64,000 bases of DNA from Squalus acanthias. Taxonomy: Eukaryota. Positions within the stretch are counted from its first letter, which is position 1, and each line of letters begins with the position of its first letter. Below the pieces are notes generated by a model, which had not been told where the DNA came from, made no database searches, and saw only the letters and a program-made list of their open reading frames with translations. The stretch is from positions 97,280,001 through 97,344,000 of the forward strand of contig CM059431.1 in the NCBI GenBank assembly GCA_030390025.1, written 5' to 3'. This document shows, in pieces, positions 25,644 through 39,451 of the stretch. The translations under genes and the position numbers were made by a program.

Positions 25644-25954
25644 ACAAGATATCTGCGCTCCTCTAATTCTGGCCTCTTGAGCATCCCTGATTATAATCGC
25701 TCAACCATTGTTGGCAGTGCCTTCACCTGCCTAGGCCCTAAGCTCTGGAATTCCCTCTCCATACCTCTCACCTCTCTTTCCTCCTTTAAGACGCTCCTTA
25801 AAACCTACCTCTTTGACCAAGCTTTTGGTCACCTGTCCTAATATCTCCTTGTGTGGCTCGGTGTCAAATTCTTTGTCTTACAACATGCCTGTGAAGAACC
25901 TTGGGACGCTTTACAACCTTAAAGGTGTTAAATAAATACAGGTTGTTGTTGTTG
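25644..25954 (+). mobile_element. L2 LINE 3' end, right part
   Basis: TCTGCGCTCCTCTAATTCTGGCCTC..CTTAAAACCTACCTCTTTGACCAAGCTTTT..(GTT)n tail. Confidence 0.82.
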
Positions 25955-27104
25955 AATTCTGTGTACGTTCTGCCGGGGGTAATTTACCAGGGACCCTGGC
26001 ATCACCTTGTTTAATGTAGCTTGGTTCAACTTGGTTCAATTGGATCATCTTGTTGCACCAAAATTGAAATGGTAACATGCTATTACATAGAAAGAGACAA
26101 CCCTAGAAAACAGGAAACTTTGAGCATTTGCTTCTTGTGGAACAACAGCGGCAAAGTAAATGATGAGTAGCGCCATTTTCATTCTTAAAAAGGTCCTGAT
26201 CTACCAAAAGGTAAGATCTTTAATCACTCCTTTCTGGATAGATGAAGCTGGTTTGTTTGTCAATACATTTACTACATAATTAAAATATTGTTACAAGGAA
26301 AGGGCTTTGGCCGTAAGCTGTGCCAAGATGAATCTTGCAGCTCAGATAATCATTTCATTTTGAAGATGCTAAAATCTGGTTAATTTTCTTTACACTAACG
26401 AGGCATTGAGACCTTGGGGAGGAGACGAGAAATTGTAAGTGTTAAATGAGGGTGAGCAAATTGCAGATAAAGATCAGCAGCAATTGGAAGAAACCGCACA
26501 GTTACACCTGGGCATGACGGGGCATGTTGATCTTTGCTCTCACTCGCAATCTGAGTGTCACCTTTCAGCAGAAAGGAGCAGTCAGTGGATAGACATTCTT
26601 CATTGAAACACACACACAAAGACAGTTCCAAACACTAGTCACAGAATCATGGAACTCTGAATGTGCCCCAGAGAGATGTGTAAATCATTCTCATTTTAAA
26701 CATACAGAGTCCTGTAATCTGTCAATTTTAATTTTAATTACAACAATGGAGAATAATAATTACAGATCAGACCATAACTAATTTGTGAGGCCACAAGGAG
26801 CGACCAATGTTGACTTCTTATTCCCTTTGTGTTTCTGGTGTGTCAGCTTGTACGCAATGCACACTCACTGTGCACACTCACTGTGCACACTCACTGTGCA
26901 CAATAGGTCAGGTCAGCAGGAACATACACAACATGAACACAATGTCTGGGAATACCTTGGAGCTACTCCCACTCCGCCATCGTTATTTATGCGGAAGTGT
27001 GTCAGAAACCCCAATTCTGTGTGTAACTTTCCTGGCCTTTGTCACATAAATAGAAACATTATGCAACTAATTAAATTACACTGTGCCAGGCACAAGCAGA
27101 TCCG

Positions 27105-30100
27105 ACACTGACAACGTGTGTTACACAACCATTGACACAACCCGTCACACAACCTGTCACTCAATCTGTGACACAACTTGTCATACAACCTGTCACACAA
27201 GCTGTGACTCAACTTGTCACACAACCAGTGACACAACCTGTCACACAACCTGACACACAAAGTGTGACACAGCCTGTGACACAACTTGTCACACAACCTG
27301 CCACTCAATCTGTCTCACAACCTGTCACTCAACCTGTGACACAATCTCTGACACAACCTGTGACACAACCTGTGACACAAGCTATCACACAACCTATGAC
27401 ACAACCTGTGGCACAACCTGTGACACAACCTGACACAAAATCTGTCACACAACCTGTGACAAAACCTGTGCCAGAACCTTTGACAGAACCTGTCACACAA
27501 CCTGTCACACAACCTGTCACTCAACCTGTGACACAACCTGTCACTCAACCTGTCACACAAACTGTGACAGAACCTGTGACACAGCCTGTCACTCAACCTG
27601 TCACACAACTTGTGATAGAACCTAAGACACAATCTGTCACACAACCTGTGACACCAGCTGTGACACAACCTGCCACACAACCTGTGACACAACCTATCAT
27701 AAAAACTGTTACACAACTTGTCACACAACTTGTCACACAACCTGTGACACAAGCTATCACACAATCTGTGACACAGCCTGTCACTCAACTTGTGACACAA
27801 CTTGTCACACAACATGCCACTCAACCTGTGACACAATGTATCATACAGCCTGTGACACAAGTATCACAGACCCTGTCACACAACCTGTGACACAAATTGT
27901 CACCCAACCTGTGACACAACCTGTGACACAACCTGTCACCCAACCTGTGACACAACCTGTGACACAGCCTGTCACACAACCTGTGACACAGCCTGTCACA
28001 CAACCTGTCACACAACCTGACACATGACCTGACACACAACCTGACACGCAACCTGTGACAGAGCCTGTGACACAACATGTCACTCAACCTATCACACAAC
28101 CTGTGACACAACCTGTCACTCACACTGTCAGATATCCTGTGACTAAGCCTGTCACACTACCTGTGACACAACCTGTGAAACAACCTGTCACTTAACTTGT
28201 GACACAACCTGTGACAGAACCTTTGACAGAACCTGTCACACAACCAGTTACAAAACCTGTCACTCAGCCTGTCACTCAATCAGTCACAAAATCTGTCTCA
28301 AAACATGTCATTCAACCTGTCTCACAACCTGTGACACAACGTATCACACAAACTGTGACACACCCTCTGACACAACGTGTGACACAACCTGTGACACAAC
28401 TTATTACACAAACTGTCACACAACCTGTCACAAAACCTGACACACAACCTGACACAGAATCCATGACACAACCTGTCACTCAACCTGTGTCACAACCTGT
28501 GACACAACCTGTGACACAAGCTATTACACAACCTGTGACACAACCTAAGACACAATTTGTCACACAACCAGTGACACCAGCTGCGACACAACTTGCCACA
28601 CAACCTGTGACACAACCTATCATAAAAACTGTTACACAACTTGTCACACAACTTGTCACACAACATATGACACATGACCTGGCACACAACCTGACACGCA
28701 ACCTGTGACACAACCTGTCACAAAACCTGTGACAAAATCTATCACATTACCTGTCACTTAGCCTGTGACACAACCTGTCACACAACCTGTCACACAACGT
28801 GTGTCACAACCTGTCACACAACCTGAGACACAACCGACACACAACCTGACACTCAAGCTGTGACAGAACCTGTGACACAACCTGTCACTCAACCTATCAC
28901 ACAACCTGTGACACAACCTGTCACACAACCTGTCACTCAAACTGTCACATATCCTGTGACTAAGCCTGTCACAAACTTGTGACAGAATATGTGACAGAAC
29001 CTCTCACACAACATGTGACACAACCTGTGACACAATCTGTCACTCAACCAGTCACAAATCCTCTGACAAAACTTGTCACAGAACCTGTGACTCAACCTGT
29101 GACACAACCTGTGGCACAACGTGTGACAAAACCTGTTACATACCTTGTCACACAACCTGTCACACAACGTGTCACACAACCTGATACACAACCTGTGACA
29201 CAACCAGTCTCACAACCTGTGATGCAAACTGTGTCACAATCTGTCACACACTGTGTGACACAATGTGTGACACAACTTGTCACTCAACCAGTCATTCAAA
29301 CTGTGACACAACATGCACACAACTTGTCATGCAAAATGTGACACAAGCTGTCACTTAACCTGCCACTCAAACTGTCACACAACTTGTCACTCAAATTTGA
29401 CACAAACTGTGACACAACTTGTGACACATCCAGTCAATTAACCTGTCACACAACCTGTCACACAACCGGGCACTCAATCTGTGACACAACCTGTCACACA
29501 ACCTGTCACAAATCCTGTCACACAACCCATCACTCAACCTGTCACAAAACCTGTCACACCACCTGTCACTCAACTTGTCAATGAATCTGTCACATATCTG
29601 TGACTAACCCTGTCACACTACCTGTGACACAAGCTGTGAAAAAACCTGTCACTCAACTTGTGACACAACCTGTGAAAAAACCTGTGACACAACCTGTCAC
29701 AAAACCTGTCACACAACCTATGACAAAACCTGTAACAGAAGCTTTGACAGAACCTGTTACACAACCAGTTACACAACCTGTCACACAACCTGTCACTCAA
29801 CCTGTCACACAACCTTTCACTCCACCTGTCACACAAGCTGTGACAGAACCTGTCACACATGTGACACAATATGACACAATCTGTCACTCAACCAATCACA
29901 ACTCCTCTGACAAAACCTGTCACAGAACCTGTGACAAAACCTGTGACAGAAGCTTTGACAAAGCCTGTCACACAACCAGTTACACAACCTGTCACACAAA
30001 CTGTCACACAAGCTGTCACTCAACCTGTCACTCAACTTGTCAGTGAATCTGTCGCACATCCTGTGACTAAGCCTGTCACACTACCTGTGACACAACCTGT

Positions 30101-33100
30101 GAAACAACCTGTCACTCAACTTGTGACACAACCTGTGACACAACCTGTGACACAACCTGTCACAAAACCTGTCACACAACCTGTGACAAAACCTGTGACA
30201 GAAGCTTTGACAGAGCCTGTCCCACAACCAGTTACACAACCTGTCACAAAAACTGTCACACAAGCTGTCACTCAACCTGTCACTCAACTTGTCAGTGAAT
30301 CTGTCACACATCCTGTGACTAAGCCTGTCACACTACCTGTGACGCAACCTGTGAAACAACCTGTCACTCAACTTGTGACACAACCTGTGACACAACCTGT
30401 GACACAACCTGTCACAAAACCTGTCACACAACCTGTGACAAAACCTGTGACAGAAGCTTTGACACAACTTGTGGCACAACCGATGACACAACCTGTCACA
30501 CAAACTGTCACACAAGCTGTCACTCAACCTGTCACTCAACTTGTCAGTGAATCTGTCACACATCCTGAGACTAAGCCTGTCACACTACCTGTGACACAAC
30601 CTGTGAAACAACCTGTCACTCAACTTGTGACACAACCTGTGACACAACCTGTGACACAACCTGTCACAAAACCTGTCACACAACCTGTGACAAAACCTGT
30701 GACAGAAGCTTTGACAGAGCCTGTCCCACAACCAGTTACACAACCTGTCACAAAAACTGTCACACAAGCTGTCACTCAACCTGTCACTCAACTTGTCAGT
30801 GAATCTGTCACACATCCTGTGACTAAGCCTGTCACACTACCTGTGACACAACCTGTGAAACAACCTGTCACTCAACTTGTGACACAACCTGTGACACAAC
30901 CTGTGACACAACCTATCACAAAACCTGTCACACAACCTGTGACAAAACCTGTGACAGAAGCTTTGACACAACTTGTGGCACAACCGATGACACAACCTGT
31001 CACACAAACTGTCACACAAGCTGTCACTCAACCTGTCACTCAACTTGTCAGTGAATCTGTCACACATCCTGTGATTAAGCCTGTCACACTACCTGTGATA
31101 CAACCTGTGAAACAACCTGTCACTCAACTTGTGACACAACCTGTGACACAACCTGTGACACAACTTGTCACAAAACCTGTCACACAACCTGTGACAAAAC
31201 CTGTGACAGAAGCTTTGACAGAGCCTGTCACACAACCAGTTACACAACCTGTTACACAACCTGTCACTCAAACTGTGACACAACCTGTTACTCAACCAGT
31301 TACACAACCTGTCACACAACCTGTCACACAACCTGTCACACAACATGTGACACAACCTGTGACACAACCTGTGGCATAACGTGTGACAAAACCTTTTACA
31401 CAACTTGTCAAACAACCTGTCACACAACCTGTGACACAAGCTATCACAGAATCTGTGACACAAGCTATCACAGAATCTGTGACACAAGCTATCACACAAC
31501 CTGTGACACAAACTGTCACACAGCCTATGACAAAACCTTTTACACAACTTGTCACACAACTTGTCACACAACCTGTCACACAACCTCTGGCACAACCTGT
31601 CACACAACTTGCCACTCAACCTGTGACACAACGTATCATACAACCTGTGATACAAGTATCACACACCCTGTCACACAACCTGTCACACAAATTGCCACTG
31701 AGCCTGTGATACAACCTGTCACAAAACTTGTGTCATAACCTATCGCACTACCTGTCACTTAGCCTTTGACACAACCTGTGAGACAACCTTTGACACAACC
31801 TGTCACACAACCTGTCACACAACCTGTCACACAACCTGTCACACAACATGTCACACAAACTATGACAGAACCTTTGACACAGCCTGTCACTCAACCAGTC
31901 ATACCCTTATCACACAACTGGTGACACAACCTGTGACACAACCTGTGACACAACGTGTGGCACAACCTGTGACACAACCTGTGACACAACCTGTGACACA
32001 ACCTGTGACACAACGTGACACAAAACTGATACTCAACCTGTGACAGAACCTGTGATCCAACCTGTATCTCAACCTATCACACAACCTGTGACACAACCTG
32101 TCACTCAAACTGTCACATATCCTGTGACTAAGCCTGTCACACTACCTCTGAAACAACCTGTCACACAACCTGTGACACAACCTGTCACAAAACCTGTCAC
32201 AAACTTGTGACAAAACCTGTGTCAAAACCTGTGACAGAACATTTGACACAGCCTGTCACACAACCAGTTACACAACCTGTCACTCAGCCTGTCACACAAC
32301 CTGTCACTCAACCTGTGACACAACATGTCACTCAACCTGTGACACAAACTGTGACAGAACCTGTGACACCACCTATCACTCCACCTGTCACACAAGTTGT
32401 GACAGAACCTAAGACAATGTGTCACACAACCTATGACACCAGCTGTGACACAACCTGCCACACAACCTATCATAAATCTGTTACACAACTTGTCACACAA
32501 CTTGTCACACAACATGTTACACAACTTGTCACAAAACCTCTGGCACAACCTGTCACACAACTTGCCACTCAATCTGTGACACAACGTATCATACAACCTG
32601 TGACACAAGTATCACACCCTTCCACACAACCTGTCACACAAATTGCCACTCAACCTGTGACACAACCTGTCACAAAACCTGTGACATAACCTATCACACT
32701 AGCTGTCACTTAACCTGTGACACAACCTGTGACACAACCTAGGACACAACCTAGGACACAACCTGTGACACAACCTGTCACACAACCTGTCACTCAAACT
32801 GTCACATATCCTGTGACTATGCCTGTCACACTACCTGTGACACAACATGTGAAACAACCTGTCACTCAACTTTTGACACAACCTGTCACAAAACCTGTGA
32901 CATAACCTATCACACTAGCTGTCACAAAACCTGTCACACAACCTGTGCCAAAACCTGTGACAGAACCTGTCACATAACCAGTTACACAACCTGTCACTCA
33001 GCCTGTCACTCCACCTGTCACACAACATGTGACTCAACCTATCACATAACCTGTGACACAACTTGTGACACAACCTGTCACCCAACCTGTCACTCAACCT

Positions 33101-36100
33101 GTGACTCAACCTGTGACACAACTTCTGACACAACCTGTCACTGAACCTGTGACACAACATGTGACACAACTTGTCACACAACATGTGACACAACATGTGA
33201 AACAACCTGTCACTCAACTTTTGACACAACCTGTCACAAAACCTGTGACATAACCTATCACACTAGCTGTCACAAAACCTGTCACACAACCTGTGCCAAA
33301 ACCTATGAGAGAACCTTTGACAGAACCTGTCACAAAACCAGTTACACAACCTGTCACTCAGCCTGTCACTCAACCTGTCACACAACATGTGACTCAACCT
33401 ATCACATAACCTGTGACACAATCTGTCACTCAAACTGTGACTCAACCTGGCACACAACCAGTGACACAACATGTGACACAACTTGTCACACAACCTGTGA
33501 CACAACCTGTCACACAACCTGTCACTCAAACTGTCACATATCCTGTGACTAAGCCTGACACACTACCTGTGACACAACATGTGAAACAACCTGTCACTCA
33601 ACTTTTGACACAACCTGTCACAAAACCTGTGACATAACCTATCACACTAGCTGTCACAAAACCTGTCATACAACCTGTGACACAACCTGTGACACAACCT
33701 AGGACACAACCTAGGACACAACCTGTGACACAACCTGTCACACAACCTGTCACTCAAACTGTCACATATCCTGTGACTATGCCTGTCACACTACCTGTGA
33801 CACAACATGTGAAACAACCTGTCACTCAACTTTTGACACAACCTGTCACAAAACCTGTGACATAACCTATCACACTAGCTGTCACAAAACCTGTCACACA
33901 ACCTGTGCCAAAACCTATGAGAGAACCTTTGACAGAACCTGTCACAAAACCAGTTACACAACCTGTCACTCAGCCTGTCACTCAACCTGTCACACAACAT
34001 GTGACTCAACCTATCACATAACCTGTGACACAATCTGTCACTCAAACTGTGACTCAACCTGGCACACAACCTGTGACACAACTTGTGACACAACCTGTCA
34101 CCCAACCTGTCACTCAACCTGTGACTCAACCTGTGACTCAACCTGTGACACAACTTGTGACACAACCTGTCACTGAACCTGTGACACAACATGTGACACA
34201 ACTTGTCACACAACATGTGACACAACTTGTGACTCAACCTATCAAACAACCTGTGACACAATCTGTCCCTCAACCAGTCACATAAACTGTGAAAAAAACC
34301 TGTCACACAAACTGTCTCTCAACCTGTGACACAACCTATGATTCAACCTGTCACTCAACATGTGACACAATTTGTGACACAACTTATCACTCAAACTGTC
34401 ACTCAACCAGTGACACAACATGTGACACAACTTGTCACACAACCTGTGACACAACCTGTCACACAACCTGTCACTCAAACTGTCACATATCCTGTGACTA
34501 AGCCTGTCACACTACCTGTGACACAACATGTGAAACAACCTGCCACTCAACTTTTGACACAACCTGTCACAAAACCTGTGACATAACCTATCACACTAGC
34601 TGTCACAAAACCTGTGACACAACCTGTGACACAACCTGTGACACAACCTAGGACACAACCTAGGACACAACCTGTGACACAACCTGTCACACAACCTGTC
34701 ACTCAAACTGTCACATATCCTGTGACTATGCCTGTCACACTACCTGTGACACAACATGTGAAACAACCTGTCACTCAACTTTTGACAAAACCTGTCACAA
34801 AACCTGTGACATAACCTATCACACTAGCTGTCACAAAACCTGTCACACAACCTGTGCCAAAACCTGTGACAGAACCTGTCACATAACCAGTTACACAACC
34901 TGTCACTCAGCCTGTCACTCCACCTGTCACACAACATGTGACTCAACCTATCACATAACCTGTGACACAACTTGTGACACAACCTGTCACCCAACCTGTC
35001 ACTCAACCTGTGACTCAACCTGTGACTCAACCTGTGACACAACCTAGGACACAACCTAGGACACAACCTGTGACACAACCTGTCACACAACCTGTCACTC
35101 AAACTGTCACATATCCTGTGACTATGCCTGTCACACTACCTGTGACACAACATGTGAAACAACCTGTCACTCAACTTTTGACACAACCTGTCACAAAACC
35201 TGTGACATAACCTATCACACTAGCTGTCACAAAACCTGTCACACAACCTGTGCCAAAACCTGTGACAGAACCTGTCACATAACCAGTTACACAACCTGTC
35301 ACTCAGCCTGTCACTCCACCTGTCACACAACATGTGACTCAACCTATCACATAACCTGTGACACAACTTGTGACACAACCTGTCACCCAACCTGTCACTC
35401 AACCTGTGACTCAACCTGTGACACAACTTGTGACACAACCTGTCACTGAACCTGTGACACAACATGTGACACAACTTGTCACACAACATGTGACACAACA
35501 TGTGAAACAACCTGTCACTCAACTTTTGACACAACCTGTCACAAAACCTGTGACATAACCTATCACACTAGCTGTCACAAAACCTGTCACACAACCTGTG
35601 CCAAAACCTATGAGAGAACCTTTGACAGAACCTGTCACAAAACCAGTTACATAACCTGTCACTCAGCCTGTCACTCAACCTGTCACACAACATGTGACTC
35701 AACCTATCACATAACCTGTGACACAATCTGTCACTCAAACTGTGACACAACCTGTCACACAACCTGTCACTCAAACTGTCACATATCCTGTGACTAAGCC
35801 TGTCACACTACCTGTGACACAACATGTGAAACAACCTGTCACTCAACTTTTGACACAACCTGTCACAAAACCTGTGACATAACCTATCACACTAGCTGTC
35901 ACAAAACCTGTCATACAACCTGTGACACAACCTGTGACACAACCTAGGACACAACCTAGGACACAACCTGTGACACAACCTGTCACACAACCTGTCACTC
36001 AAACTGTCACATATCCTGTGACTAAGCCTGTCACACTACCTGTGACACAACATGTGAAACAACCTGTCACTCAACTTTTGACACAACCTGTCACAAAACC

Positions 36101-39100
36101 TGTGACATAACCTATCACACTAGCTGTCACAAAACATGTCATACAACCTGTGACACAACCTGTGACACAACCTAGGACACAACCTAGGACACAACCTGTG
36201 ACACAACCTGTCACACAACCTGTCACTCAAACTGTCACATATCCTGTGACTATGCCTGTCACACTACCTGTGACACAACATGTGAAACAACCTGTCACTC
36301 AACTTTTGACACAACCTGTCACAAAACCTGTGACATAACCTATCACACTAGCTGTCACAAAACCTGTCACACAACCTGTGCCAAAACCTATGAGAGAACC
36401 TTTGACAGAACCTGTCACAAAACCAGTTACACAACCTGTCACTCAGCCTGTCACTCAACCTGTCACACAACATGTGACTCAACCTATCACATAACCTGTG
36501 ACACAATCTGTCACTCAAACTGTGACTCAACCTGGCACACAACCTGTGACACAACTTGTGACACAACCTGTCACCCAACCTGTCACTCAACCTGTGACTC
36601 AACCTGTGACTCAACCTGTGACACAACTTGTGACACAACCTGTCACTGAACCTGTGACACAACATGTGACACAACTTGTCACACAACATGTGACACAACT
36701 TGTGACTCAACCTATCAAACAACCTGTGACACAATCTGTCCCTCAACCAGTCACATAAACTGTGAAAAAAACCTGTCACACAAACTGTCTCTCAACCTGT
36801 GACACAACCTATGATTCAACCTGTCACTCAACATGTGACACAATTTGTGACACAACTTATCACTCAAACTGTCACTCAACCAGTGACACAACATGTGACA
36901 CAACTTGTCACACAACCTGTGACACAACCTGTCACACAACCTGTCACTCAAACTGTCACATATCCTGTGACTAAGCCTGTCACACTACCTGTGACACAAC
37001 ATGTGAAACAACCTGCCACTCAACTTTTGACACAACCTGTCACAAAACCTGTGACATAACCTATCACACTAGCTGTCACAAAACCTGTGACACAACCTGT
37101 GACACAACCTGTGACACAACCTAGGACACAACCTAGGACACAACCTGTGACACAACCTGTCACACAACCTGTCACTCAAACTGTCACATATCCTGTGACT
37201 ATGCCTGTCACACTACCTGTGACACAACATGTGAAACAACCTGTCACTCAACTTTTGACAAAACCTGTCACAAAACCTGTGACATAACCTATCACACTAG
37301 CTGTCACAAAACCTGTCACACAACCTGTGCCAAAACCTGTGACAGAACCTGTCACATAACCAGTTACACAACCTGTCACTCAGCCTGTCACTCCACCTGT
37401 CACACAACATGTGACTCAACCTATCACATAACCTGTGACACAACTTGTGACACAACCTGTCACCCAACCTGTCACTCAACCTGTGACTCAACCTGTGACT
37501 CAACCTGTGACACAACCTAGGACACAACCTAGGACACAACCTGTGACACAACCTGTCACACAACCTGTCACTCAAACTGTCACATATCCTGTGACTATGC
37601 CTGTCACACTACCTGTGACACAACATGTGAAACAACCTGTCACTCAACTTTTGACACAACCTGTCACAAAACCTGTGACATAACCTATCACACTAGCTGT
37701 CACAAAACCTGTCACACAACCTGTGCCAAAACCTGTGACAGAACCTGTCACATAACCAGTTACACAACCTGTCACTCAGCCTGTCACTCCACCTGTCACA
37801 CAACATGTGACTCAACCTATCACATAACCTGTGACACAACTTGTGACACAACCTGTCACCCAACCTGTCACTCAACCTGTGACTCAACCTGTGACTCAAC
37901 CTGTGACACAACTTGTGACACAACCTGTCACTGAACCTGTGACACAACATGTGACACAACTTGTCACACAACATGTGACACAACATGTGAAACAACCTGT
38001 CACTCAACTTTTGACACAACCTGTCACAAAACCTGTGACATAACCTATCACACTAGCTGTCACAAAACCTGTCACACAACCTGTGCCAAAACCTATGAGA
38101 GAACCTTTGACAGAACCTGTCACAAAACCAGTTACACAACCTGTCACTCAGCCTGTCACTCAACCTGTCACACAACATGTGACTCAACCTATCACATAAC
38201 CTGTGACACAATCTGTCACTCAAACTGTGACTCAACCTGTCACACAACCTGTGACACAACTTGTGACACAACCTGTCACCCAACCTGTCACTCAACCTGT
38301 GACTCAACCTGTGACTCAACCTGTGACACAACTTGTGACACAACCTGTCACTGAACCTGTGACACAACATGTGACACAACTTGTCACACAACATGTGACA
38401 CAACATGTGACTCAACCTATCAAACAACCTGTGACACAATCTGTCCCTCAACCAGTCACATAAACTGTGAAAAAAACCTGTCACACAAACTGTCTCTCAA
38501 CCTGTGACACAACCTATGATTCAACCTGTCACTCAACATGTGACACAATTTGTGACACAACTTATCACTCAAACTGTCACTCAACCAGTGACACAACATG
38601 TGACACAACTTGTCACACAACCTGTGACACAACCTGTCACACAACCTGTCACTCAAACTGTCACATATCCTGTGACTAAGCCTGTCACACTACCTGTGAC
38701 ACAACATGTGAAACAACCTGTCACTCAACTTTTGACACAACCTGTCACAAAACCTGTGACATAACCTATCACACTAGCTGTCACAAAACCTGTCACACAA
38801 CCTGTGCCAAAACCTGTGACAGAACCTTTGACAGAGCCTGTCACATAACCAGTTACACAACCTGTCACTCAGCTTGTCACTCAACCTGTCACACAACATG
38901 TGACTCAACCTATCACATAACCAGTGACACAATCTGTCACTCAAACTGTGACTCAACCTGTCACACAACCTGTGACACAACTTGTGACACAACCTGTCAC
39001 CCAACCTGTCACTCAAGCTGTGACTCAACCTGTGACACAACTTGTGACACAACCTGTCACTGAACCTGTGACACAACATGTGACACAACTTGTCACACAA

Positions 39101-39386
39101 CATGTGACACAACTTGTCACACAACATGTGACACAACATGTGACTCAACCTATCAAACAACCTGTGACACAATCTGTCACTCAACCAGTCACATAAACTG
39201 TGAAAAAAACCTGTCACACAAACTGTCTCTCAACAAGTGACACAACCTGTGATTCAACCTGTCACTCAATCTGTGACACAATTTGTGACACAACTTATCA
39301 CTCAAACTGTCACTCAACCAGTGACACAACATGTGACACAACTTGTCACACAACCTGTGACACAACATGTGACTCAACCTATCAAA
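27105..39386. repeat. 12-bp satellite (CACAACCTGT(G/C)A)n, left arm, with higher-order repeats
   Basis: 12-bp periodicity giving TQPV and CDRL pseudo-peptides; 252/504-bp and 2473-bp duplications visible as ORF offsets. Confidence 0.98.
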
Positions 39387-39451
39387 GCATAGAAGCATAG
39401 AAGATAGGAGCAGGAGTAGGCCATTCGGCCCCTCGAGCCTGCTCCACCATT

